A stretch of 64,000 nt of DNA, taken from the NCBI RefSeq assembly GCF_006345805.1, contig NC_043010.1, positions 44,950,001-45,014,000 on the forward strand, given 5' to 3'. Below the pieces are notes generated by a model. The model ran no database searches. It had not been told where the DNA came from and saw nothing but the letters and a program-made list of their open reading frames with translations. Every line of letters starts with the position of its first letter. The stretch's first letter is position 1. Source of the DNA: Octopus sinensis (Eukaryota). Of this stretch, positions 52,763-64,000 are shown one piece after another. Position numbers and translations under genes: made by a program.

Positions 52763-55700
52763 CGGGGACGTTTAAGATGTAAGAAGGAAAATACAGGAGA
52801 CACCGGGGACGTTTAAGATGTAAGAAGGAAAATACAGAGCTCCGAAATCTATCCACAAACATCGAAAACAAGGACACCCTATGGAGCCAAAGATTTACTA
52901 ACAAAGAATTGGACTATATCCGAGTAAGTAATACGAATTGAAATTTATTACTATTTTCGAAACGAAATGGTGTATTTTGACTCGATATTATCTCCACCTC
53001 TAACACAACACATGTAAACATGCGTGGAACAACACGATCATCCCCGACCTCAAACACCATGTACAAAGGAACTACGAAGAAATTAAATGCCACCGATACT
53101 ATTCAACCCAAGAATAACAATCGAGCGGTACGTACATTAAACCTACAACAAAAAATGTACGAAAAACTACACGTGCGAAATAATGTGACAACAGAAGTAA
53201 ACGGACCGGTACCCTACGAAAATGACGACCGTCAAAATAATGGGCCGGACGTTGTACCTTATGTCCCGCAATTAAAACCCAAAAGACGTAAATGGACACG
53301 TGAGGAATACATTTCTATCTTACACGCATACTTCACAGCAATGCTCTACCCACAAAATGAAAATACAACAACACATACATATAAGATATGGAAGGAAAAT
53401 AATAGAGAAATAGACTTGGATACAGCAATGAACCCTAATAAATAGCTAACGTACGAAGATACATTCTCAAAGCCAAAAAAATATCAGAAATAGAAATAGA
53501 AATAGAAATTAAAAGAAAAACACACCAGGAAAATGTAGATAGAAGCCACACAACAATGCCCAATAATATAAACACTGAAACTGTAAAACACGAAGACAAA
53601 CGCAACATTCCCAACAAACACGATGTAAACAACGAAGGGGAGCCTAATGATTATGATATTATAAAAAATAAAATAATCAAAGAACTAAAAACCACAGAGC
53701 TCAAAATGGACCACCGACCATACCTCCCAAGAATAAAAATAAACGCAATAACAACACCAATTATAAACAACATAAACCTAGCCGTCACTGAACTAGCCAC
53801 TGAAACAAAAAAAGTGATATCACTGAACAAAATGACTTGATATACGCAGCAGCCACTGCAGCACAAAAGAAGCTGGATACTCACCCAAACCCGCCCAAAC
53901 AGGAGTACCACCACCCAAACAAACCCTGTGGATAAATAACATCCAAAACAAAATAAAAAAAATTAGAAAAGACCTGTCGATTCTTAATGAATCAGCAAAC
54001 AAGCAACGCTACTGAGCAACAAAAAGAGAACAAAAATGCTCCGCAAATATAACATCACAGAAAAAGATTTGCCGGAGATAAAAGAAAAGCTGAAGCAAGA
54101 TATCCTTGCCAAAGCTCAAAGGATCCGCCGGTACGAGAAACGCCAACGCTTCTTTGAACAGAACAAAAGTTCAACACCGACCCCAAAAAGTTCTACCAAG
54201 AACTGGGCAAAAATAAAATAGAAGTCACTGCAGCACCAACGGCAGAGAAATTGGAAGAATTCTGGAAAGAAATATGGTCGGCGAACGAACAACAGCCAAA
54301 AAAAAGGAGTATGAAAAATAACAAACTCGGCATCTGAACAACTTTGGACCCCCATAACAACTGAAGAGGTCACCCAGGCACTGCAAAAACTAAGCAACTG
54401 GAAGGCACCTGGGCATGACAAGATCCCCAACTTCTGGTTGAAATATCTAACAGGAATGCACAAAAAGCTGGCTGAAAACTTTAACAGCATACTAGCAGAG
54501 CCAGAGACAATGCCTGAATGGCTCACGAAGGTGAAAACCATCTTAATTCCCAAATCAAATGAAACAACAAAACCAGAAAACTACAGACCAATAACCTGCC
54601 TCCCTACTATGTTCAAGGCATTTACTGCAGTGATATCGCAAAGGCTGAACAAGCACCTGGACGAAAACAAACTGTTCCCAGAAGAGCAGAAAGGATGCCG
54701 CAAGGGCTCATATGGCTGTAAAGATCAACTAATGATTAATAAAGCCGTAACTGAAGACAGCCACAGAAAGAAGAAAGGCCTCAGTATGGCCTGGATCGAC
54801 TACAAAAAGGCGTTTGATAGCATCCCCCACACATGGATCCTCGAAACACTAGCCATTAACAAAGTAGCACCAACAATCATAAAATTCATAGAGCACTCTA
54901 TGAATAAATGGCAAACAGTCCTACACCTCCAAACAAAAGAGGGACTCATGAAAACCAAAGACATCCCCATTAGAAGAGGAATATTCCAGGGAGACACGCT
55001 CTCTCCACTCCTTTTCTGCTTGGCACTGTCACCTCTATCTGATATGCTAAATAGAACTGGATGCGGATATAAATGTTACGGCAAAAACGATCAGCCACCT
55101 TTTATATATGGATGACCTAAAACTATACGCTGCAAATGACAAACAGCTGGAAACACTATTAAAGACAGTTCATGGATTTACCAAAGAAATAGATATGAAA
55201 TTTGGATTAGAAAAATGCGCCAAAGTAACCATGAAAAAAGGAAAACTAGTTAAGAGTAACAACATCACACTAGATAAAACCAATGAAATAAAAGAATTAG
55301 ACCAAAGCCAAACTTACAAATACTTAGGAATCCATGAACTAGATAAGACACACACACACAAATGAAAGAGAAAATAAAAAAAGAATATTATAGACGAGTT
55401 AGATCAATACTAAAAACAGAGCTCAATGCTAAAAACAAGATAATAGGTATCAACACTTTAGCTGTCCCAGTTATAAGTTACAGCTACAATATCCTTAACT
55501 GGACACGAAATGAACTGTCCAAATAGATAGGAAAACAAGAAATAATGACAGGATCTAGGATGCATCACCCAAAATCTGACATAGAAAGACTATATATACA
55601 ACGTGGTAGAGGCCTTATACAGCTGGAAAACTACTATAAAATAACCACCATAGGACTGCAAAAATACCTACTTCAGAAGGAAGGAAAACTGATCCAGATA

Positions 55701-56748
55701 GCAGCAAAACACGAACAAAACAAAAAACTGTTCTCAGTATTCAAAAGCTGACAAATACAAACAAGAAATCATACCACCTAATAAACACAAAGAAGAAGAA
55801 GAAGATGATGAAGAAACAACAAAAGCTATAAAACAAATGAAATCCAAACTAAAATAGAACAGCAACGAGCCATGATAAAACGATGGCAAGAAAAGCCCCT
55901 TCATGGTAAATACTGCACTAAACTAAACGCAAAAGAAATAGACAAAGAAAAATCCCAGCAATGGTTGAGAAGCTCAGACTCAAACAAGCAGAAACAGAGG
56001 ATTTTTAATTGCAGCACAAGACCAAAGCCTCCCCACCAGAAATTACCAAAACATGTAATGAAAAGAAATATTACAAGTAACTGCAGAATATGTGGAGATG
56101 GACAAGAAACAATAAATCATATTATCTCTAGCTGCCCAGTCCTGGCTAAGAAGGAATATATTCACAGACATGACAGAGTTGGAACCTACATACACTGGAA
56201 GCTATGCCAACATTATGGAATAACAACAGAAAAAAGATGGTATAGGCACACACCAGAAAAGGTCACAGAAAACGAGAAAGCAACCATACTCTGGGATATG
56301 CCGATACACACAGATAGAGAAATTAAGGCCAACAGACCAGATATAGTTGTCAGAGATCATGAAGAAAAAAAATGCTTTCTAATTGATGTATCAATACCGG
56401 CAGATGACAACGTGTCTCTAAAAGAAATGGAGAAACTCTCAAAATACAAAGACCTGGAAATAGAGGTAACTAGAATGTGGAACCTGAAAACAGAAACAAT
56501 TCCTATCATAGTAGGTGCATTAGGCATGATAAAAAAATATTCAGACAAATACATAACAAAAACACCAGGACTTACAAACACATATAACATACAGAAAATT
56601 GCACTACTAGGCACTGCACACATCCTACGCAGAACACTTTCCATACAATAACCATCAGAGCATCACAACAAATCACAGCATACACCCAAGGCACACAGAG
56701 CTGCGCTCGGTAGTGAAGTGAAAGCACGCTATAAAAATAAAACTACTG
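52761..56748 (+). mobile_element. R4/Dong-like LINE subfamily B, apparently full length, within an (AAT)n tract
   Basis: KRRKWTREEYISIL, RPITCLPTMFK, AWIDYKKAFDSIPH, GIFQGDTLSPLLF, YMDDLKLY, CRICGDGQETINHIISSC, RHD, RPDIVV..LIDVSIP..KEMEKLSKY; frame broken by small indels. Confidence 0.95.
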
Positions 56749-56771
56749 AATAATAATAATGATAATAATAA

Positions 56772-58370
56772 CCAGCAGTAGAGCCCGGCGTTACCCGGGA
56801 ATAAGGTAGGATTATTAAGGTAATCAAGCGCTTTGTTTCAAACCAAACTAAGTTACACCGACCTCAAATTTGAGCGAAATCCATTGAAACTGGTAAACGT
56901 TTGGTTGAAAATGGGATGCAGACAATTTGATTGGGAAATTCCATAAGGAATCGGTTTATCGATATTTCCACTCATCGATTATTTGAGAACTTAAAACATT
57001 CAAAGATCCCCTGAGTCTTAAGTAACGCTGGCATCAAGTATGAACAAAATACGTCAAAATTGGTAAAAGTTTTGGTTGAAAATGGGGTGTAGCCGATTTT
57101 AGTGGGAAATCCTATAAGGAATCGGTTTATCGCTTTTTCATCCTAATTGAATGGAACACCCCATAAGAAATCAGTTTATTGATTTTTCATCCCAAATAAG
57201 ACTTAACCAAACACAACATTGCTGATTCAAAAAATCTATATTTATACTTTAAAGTTAGTTTTCACACCCAACCCAGTTCTGCAGAATCAGTGTCATGACG
57301 AGAACGCATGGGTTAGGAGTTTGACTGGTAGAGGTGATCAGGTTGCACGTGCCGGCCCTTTCGACCACCCCTTCTCGCATCATCTAATCCCCCTTGGCCC
57401 ATGGGTTGGGAACCCTTCCGGAAAGGAAAATAGAAGGCCCAAAAGGGCTTCCAATCCACTGTGTCAGAAGAGGTTGTGTTCAGATCAAAACTAAACCTTA
57501 ACCTAAGCCTAAGCTAACCTAGCGAAAGGGGGCTTGGCAGCCTCTAAAAGGCAGCGACTAATCCCGATCTAGTCTTAAACCCTCCTAGGGGTACTATCAG
57601 TCAAGGCTGCATCGAAGATATGCATTGGAGAAGGTTGCCTCGGAGATTTGCATCGAATATCTGCATTGGAGAAGGTTGCATCGAAGGTTTGCACTGGATA
57701 AGGATGCATCGATGGTTTGCATTGGAGATCTGTGAAGGAAGTTGACTCAAAGATTTTGATTGGATAAGGTTTCATTAGAGCTCTGCATTGGAGAAGGTTG
57801 ATTCGAACGTTCGCATTGGGGATCCGGATTGGAGTAACTTAGGAAAACGTACCAACAGACTTAACAAAAAAGTAAGAGGGCTGGCCCTTCTAGCCTAACT
57901 CCTATGAGCAGCTTGGCCAAGCGCTGATATTGGCCGAGTGAGCATTGATGTAGAAGTCCAATAAAGAAGAGGAAGATTCCATGAGTCATGTTGCCATGGT
58001 TTGAGAATATGTCCGGCCAATGCTTCCGGATCACCTGTTTATAAACACATAGGTTGCAATGATGACTTGTTCTTCTTTCTACGTTTATAAAACTTCGCTA
58101 TAAACAGCATTGCGTATTTTGCCCAGAGGAGCATGCACAAAAAGAACGTTTCTACTCCCCACACGGTTGTAGCCCACATAAAGTTGCCCATGTGAAAAGC
58201 ACCGTTAGTGTTTGGCCTTGAGATTTGTTGATGGACATGGCGAAACATGGCCTCACTGGGATCTGCAATCTTCGGAAGTTGAAGGGCATGTCTGACCCCG
58301 ATGGATAAAGGTGCATCCTTGAAATGAAAACTTTTCCCTCTCCTGCATCTCGTAACAATGGTGGCCTCAA
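56772..58370 (-). mobile_element. Helitron remnant: helicase C-terminus and intact 3' end
   Basis: RLQIPVRPCFAMSINKSQGQTL, FSHGQLYVG.NRVG and KIRNAVYSEVL*; hairpin CCCGGGTAACGCCGGG (56784-56799) then CTGG|T. Confidence 0.85.
57605..57830. repeat. Degenerate ~28-30-bp minisatellite (TGCATTGGAGAAGGTTGCATCGAAGGTT-like)
   Basis: Recurrent GCATTGGA(G/T)AAGG units visible. Confidence 0.8.
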
Positions 58371-58506
58371 TAGTGGGGCGTCAAGTACTTAACTATCAAG
58401 CGGGTCCCGTTGCACTGTTTAGGCGGATAAAGTGTGTACTCTTTATCCTTTGAGTTTTATTGAATGATTGTGTAAAATTTTCTTAACAATAGGAAAAATT
58501 GTAAGT

Positions 58507-58544
<38 letters not shown>

Positions 58545-59006
58545 CGTGTTATTGTTGTTGTGATGCGTGTACTCTTCATTCCATTTGAGTTGTTTTGAGT
58601 GAAAACGTGCCGTTTGAGGTGTTCCACACATTGGATGGTAGGTTTTTTTGAGGGGGTGATTAAACAGTGATTCATTTCTTTAATCATTATATCATCGAAG
58701 ATTTTGTGGTAGGAGATAAGTCACAGCGAGGGCTATCCTTTGTTTTGAGTCACAGAGTTGTCAACGATCTATCAACTGTTAAGGTACAGCGCTCGGCAAA
58801 TTCCGTAAAAAGTTTTTATTTGTTTTTTAAACTGGAAATGTACATTTCGTTTGATGTTAGCATAAAGTGAAAGAGAGAGAAAATGACAGGACCGTGTCTA
58901 TATGTTGATGGTGAGTGCGAGATAGAAAGTGTGTGTGTATGTGTGTGTGTGAGAGACAGAGAGAGAGAGAGAAGGTGTGTGTAAGGGAGAGAGAGAGAGA
59001 GTGAAA

Positions 59007-59059
59007 GCGTACATTTTAAAAAATTTATTTTTCCTCGCATCCTTTTTGAGTGAGTGATT

Positions 59060-59153
<94 letters not shown>

Positions 59154-59323
59154 ATGTGTGATAGCGTAACGCCTCTCTCACTTTCTCTCTCTCTATCTCA
59201 GTCAAACACTCACTAAAAATGATGAGAGAAAAAGTAAATAAATTATATTTACACTATCTCTCTCTCTCTCTGTCTCGCACACACAGCAACACACACTTTC
59301 TCTCTCTCTTTCCAACAACACAC

Positions 59324-59385
<62 letters not shown>

Positions 59386-59454
59386 TCTCTCAGTCAATCA
59401 CTCACACACTGACTCAAAAAAGATGCGAGGAAAAATAATTTTTAAAATGTACGC
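59007..59454. repeat. Inverted repeat with GA/CT and GT/AC microsatellites
   Basis: GCGTACATTTTAAAAAATTTATTTTTCCTCGCATC (from 59007) versus GATGCGAGGAAAAATAATTTTTAAAATGTACGC (to 59454). Confidence 0.8.
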
Positions 59455-59514
59455 TGTTACTCTTTCCCTCATACACAGAAACAGACACACACATCCTGCG
59501 TTTTATAGATATAG

Positions 59515-59562
<48 letters not shown>

Positions 59563-59564
59563 GT

Positions 59565-59767
59565 TTCAAATTTTGGCACAACGCCAGCTATTTTGAGGAA
59601 AGGGTAAGTCGATGACATCGATTCCAGTGTTCAGCTGGTACTTATTTCAACGACTTCGAAAGGATGAGGGGAAGTCGGTCTCGGTGGAATTTGAACTCAG
59701 AACGTAAAAACGGACGAAATGCCGCTAAGCATTTCGCCCCGTGTGCAAGCGATTCTGCCAGCTCGCA
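59565..59767 (-). mobile_element. SINE family 2
   Basis: Reverse-complement match to 24899-25124; another copy at 63750-63950. Confidence 0.85.
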
Positions 59768-59803
59768 GCAGCAGCAACAACAACAGCAGCAGCAATAATA
59801 ATG

Positions 59804-59857
<54 letters not shown>

Positions 59858-60150
59858 TGATAAAAATAAAGGTACTGAAACCTATTTGAAAATGATTCCA
59901 GGCTTACCATCCCTACAGGAAGTGCAAAAGATCGTATTAACTGGAACGGCTCATGTACTGAGAAGAGCATTATCGCTGTGAAAACAACATCCATCCATGA
60001 ATATATTTATTTATTAATTTTTAAATACATACTTTATCTGTGAATTTGCGTGTATAATCTGGGAATGCATACAATGAGCTTCTCTGCCCTAGGTGTATGG
60101 AAAACACTCGGCGAGAAACGGAAGAAATTTTGAAGAAATAAGGAAAAAAC
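59858..60150 (+). mobile_element. Dong-like subfamily C, short 3' fragment in an (AAT)n tract
   Basis: YLKMIPGLPSLQEVQKIVLTGTAHVLRRALSL*, a distinct 3'UTR and an (AAT)n tail. Confidence 0.8.
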
Positions 60151-60182
<32 letters not shown>

Positions 60183-60258
60183 TAATATAATAATAATAAT
60201 AATATAATAATAAGAATAATAATAATAATAATAATAATAAATAATAATAATAATAAAT

Positions 60259-60812
60259 GCCCTGATGCAGTACCAGGCAGTGGCTCTCATGGCTTCTGAT
60301 CTTAACTGATTGGAAGTGTTATTATGTACATTGTTTTGTCTTGGTATAAAAGATGGGCTACAGCAAATATTCTGCTCAATACCACAGATTTGCTTGTCAG
60401 TTGTTTGACCTTAACCAGTTGAGCATGTCCCTTAGTGGCTGACGATATGTGCATCTCTGATCACGAGCAGAAGTAGTGGGGGAGCATCATAGCCATGTGT
60501 TGAGAGTGATTCTTTGGGGTTTGAATAGTTCACCTCTGGAAACATGGGTGATTCTTTCAACATCCTTAAACAACCCTTATTCATGGACCGTTTGAGCAGG
60601 ATGGGCTACTCAACCTGAAGAAAATTCTAACTGGGCCCCACCTGCAAGGTCATGTGCTGTTTATCTTGATATGAGATCACCATGTCGCGCACATATGGTT
60701 GTGATGCATGTGCCTGGTGTACCTTTATCAGACGGGTAGTCATGATGGGTATATTGGGCTTCGTATTTTTTACCCCAGTGTCCTTTTGATGGCATGAACT
60801 GCTCTCTCACTC
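60259..60812 (+). mobile_element. AAT-embedded ~553-bp non-coding element, copy 4
   Basis: Near-identical by eye to 7006-7558, including both junctions. Confidence 0.88.
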
Positions 60813-61699
60813 AATAATAATAATAATAATAATAATAATAGCTTCTTTTTTAACTACTGTGGTTGGCAAACAAACCAAGCAGAGTACATGTCTATACAAT
60901 ACAATACAATGTGGGGTTACATGAAGTCATACAAGCAGTAATATAAGTAAAAAAAATGACAAAAATTAAAAATGGAAATATGTAGGATAAGGACGGCGTA
61001 CTTATGATGGCTACTCGTGGGAACATTCATTAAACCACTGTCTACCATTACATAAAGTGACTTCGCCCAGTCCTCTTTCCTCAATCTACAAGCCAATGCT
61101 CAATGCAGGTCCGTTCACTCAGACCATCCTCGTGACATTCACCTATCTTTCAACAAATTTGCTTCTCACTCAGCACTAACTTTTCTTTTCAAGTGAAATA
61201 TGAAGAAGGCGATGGAGGATTGACTAAAGATGAAAGTGTCTGCTTCCAGCCTTTTTTGTATGGTTCATCATACAACTTCTTTCGCTAAGGCCATCTGCCA
61301 AATGTAACTAAATACTGCGTGGCCTTCCCGGCTAAAGGAAGGCAGTGAGACGATCTTTACAATGGACTCTGCTGATGGTCGGATCCGTTCTAAGGGCGAC
61401 AGCAGATGTTCAACATAAACATGTAAGTTATCAATGCTCAGTCATTGGACAATTTCACACAGAACAGTTTTACATGCTTCCTAGACAGGTCAAGCTGATG
61501 GTATCTACATGTCTATAGAATTAATCTCTTCCGGAAAAGACTAGCCAGTTGATTTTCGTCAACTCCCAAAGTCTCCCCCAAAACGTTATTTCTCTTACCT
61601 GCCACCAAACCTCTTTAGAAGGACAAAGTGAAACTTCCACCAACACATTGCCGAACCGGCTGAAGGTTGTGAACATCTGATGGCACTGTAAGTGCTAGA

Positions 61700-62770
61700 T
61701 GTCCTACTTTGGGCTACGCTTGATCAAGGACTGCAAATTTTTATCGTGGACGGTTTTGTGAGATTTGGGAGTTTTGGTGTTGTCGATGTTCCTATTATTG
61801 ATGTTGCTGTTGCTGCATTCTCTGTGGCTGTTGTTGCTTCTGTTGCCATTGTTGCAGCTACTGTTGCTATTGCAGTTATTGTTGTTGTTGGGGCAGTGGG
61901 TATTGTATTTGTGGCGTTGGTAAAAGTGGAACGGCTTCCTTCTGTGACTCGTTGGCATCAAAATACCTTTAAGTGGGTCACAGCTTGGCTTAGTATCTCC
62001 TTCACCATCAGGTTTCTAGCACTCTCTTTATAACGCCAAGACAGCTGCCACCAACCTGGTGATGGTTACATTTGGTGGCGCATCTATGATTTTCTTTTGA
62101 CAGATGCTGGTCGCGATAGCTGGAGATTGGACAGGATTGCTTATTCCTCCATTCCTCAGTGTTATTGGAGAGTAAAATCTTGCCTCTGTTTCTATTTTGA
62201 ATCTCACTTCAACCGTACTGTGTTTTTTCCTAGGGTGATATGGGCCTTGCGTTCCTACATGCATCCTAGGCATGTTTGTAGTTGGGTTTCACTTCCACTT
62301 TCCACCCGAAGCAATTTTGTTGAGATACAACGGGATGCAACTGTGCATCTTTGTATAGTTTCCATTAGGTATATTTTCCATAAATTGGTGGTTTTAGAGT
62401 AACCTGTCATCCATTGTAATAAGGTCTAATTCTTGGTTTACATGATATTTTCCGAGATCTGTTGCAGCGCTTGCATATATATGCAGTTGCCTGGCTGTGC
62501 TCGTTGTTTTTGGGGCCCTTGCTACATATCGAGCCGTGCGCCATTGTGTTACTACTGGTGGTTGCATACGTGCTGTTTATTCCGCCTGTTGAGGCGGTAG
62601 CCATGGTAGTCGCGGCGGCAAGGGTAATGTCTCTTTCAAAATTTTCTTTATATTTTCAGTCTTCCTTGCATTTGTTGTTGTTGTTGTTTGTGGTGGTACT
62701 AGTTTTGGGAGCGTTGGTGGTGTTGTTGCTTTCACGTGCTGCTTGATTTTTTTGTGTGTTGTAGTAGTAG
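61700..62770 (-). mobile_element. Probable decayed Tx1/L1-like ORF1
   Basis: RRKPFHFYQRHKYNTHCP resembles the GRKPRCHKC...HLKAFCP knuckle at ~52050 and is followed by similar Thr/Ala-rich low complexity. Confidence 0.35.
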
Positions 62771-62779
62771 TAATAGCTG

Positions 62780-62908
62780 TTTTCTTCTTCTTCTTCTTCT
62801 TCTTCTTCTTCTTCTTCTTCTTCTTCTTCTTCTTCTTCGTCTTCGTCTTCTTCTTCTTCTTCTTCTTCTTCTTCTTCTTCTTCTTCTTCTTCTTCTTCTT
62901 CTTCTTCC
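62780..62908. repeat. (TTC)n microsatellite
   Basis: Directly visible. Confidence 0.95.
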
Positions 62909-63184
62909 AATCAGGACTCACGCCATTAGCTACAAAGAATAATCTCTAATTCGAGCCTACTCTAAGGTACTAAGAATGCATGTGGCAACTTGAAGATCCA
63001 CCAACCACACGCGATAGACTGGCGGTTGCACGGTGCGAAAGTTACGTTGTTATCCTCATTCCGTAAACTGTAGCTTTCAATGGGTGGAGAGATGAACCAT
63101 CCTGGGGTACAGAGGATTCTCAATCTAGACTAGGGTCTGAAAGTTTAACACACCATAGTGGGCTACACCATGGTTCCTCCGCTT

Positions 63185-63384
63185 TGTGGCAGAAGTAGGA
63201 AGAAAGAGTGAAAGTTGTGATGCGAGAGTACAGCGGGGTTCACCTCCACCCCAGCCCGCCGGAGCCTCGTGGAGTTTAGGTGTTTTTGCTCAATAAACAC
63301 TCAAAATGCTCGGTCCGGGAATCGAAACCGCGTTCTTTCGACCGCGAGTCCGCTACCCCAACCACCGGGCCATTGCGCCTCCAC
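63185..63384 (-). mobile_element. tRNA-derived SINE family 1, second copy
   Basis: Reverse complement GTGGAGGCGCAATGGCCCGGTGG...GGTTTCGATTCCCGG matches 1611-1800. Confidence 0.85.
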
Positions 63385-64000
63385 AGTAGCTGTTGTTGTT
63401 TACTGCTGCTGTCGTTCAACGGGGTAGCAGTGTTGTACTCATTTTATTTTTGGAGAGAATATTCCCCTTACTGCCCTCATCTTTCAGAGTTACCTACCAC
63501 CTCTCTCACTAGTTCACTGGCTGTGGAAGCCGATTATGAGGACAAAATCTCGAGTTATTCTGAAAATTGAGATCCAAAGGGGTGAGAAACAGACACACTA
63601 ACCAGTATTGTGTGTTTTCGGTTGCCTTAACGATTTTTATACGACAAAATTTCAGCTAATGATAACTTTTAAAACTATATATAAAAAAAAAAAATGAATT
63701 TACGAGCGATGTGGCGGGCATCGAGCCGATAATAGCTTTTACTACTAAAGGTACAAGGCCTGAAATTTGGGGAAAGGAGGGAAGGGAGCTAGTCGATCAA
63801 GGTGATCCCAGTACTCAATTAGTACTTATTTCATCAATCTCGATAAAATGAATGACAAAGCATACCTCGGACAAAATTTGAACTCAGAACGTAAAGATGA
63901 ACGAAGTATTTTACCACAGCGTGCTATCGATTCAACCAGCTCACTGCGTACATAATAATAATAATAATAATAATAGTAATAATAATAATAATAATAATAA

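Noticed and set aside
61050-61680. Degenerate CR1-like RT on the plus strand
   Set aside because: Only faint motif traces (SADG, HIAEPA); too weak to annotate.

Overview
AT-rich, microsatellite-dense animal DNA. It is most likely from an octopus or another coleoid cephalopod, inferred from recalled SINE families and the repeat make-up, not from a database search. I found no supportable host protein-coding exon, rRNA, tRNA gene or CRISPR array, and most ORF-track entries are microsatellite read-throughs. The window is essentially a layered transposon graveyard. It holds at least four subfamilies of R4/Dong-like RLE-endonuclease LINEs (two near full length), Tx1/L1-like, CR1-like, RTE and Penelope-like remnants, three mariners, two Chapaev3-type elements, three Helitron remnants, several MITE/foldback elements, three tRNA-SINE families and a 1.4-kb tandem duplication. 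Three observations stand out. (1) A non-coding ~553-bp element occurs four times, always in the same orientation with an (AAT)n tail and next to Dong-like LINE sequence; it is a candidate non-autonomous partner with no recognisable Pol III promoter. (2) A separate R4-like family is embedded in (CATA)n/(CA)n rather than (AAT)n, suggesting that microsatellite targets are partitioned between families. (3) A CR1-like LINE hosts a Chapaev3 that itself hosts a mariner, plus a Merlin-like MITE; TSDs are readable for the Chapaev3 and the MITE. Coordinates are hand-read, and ends of decayed elements are approximate.
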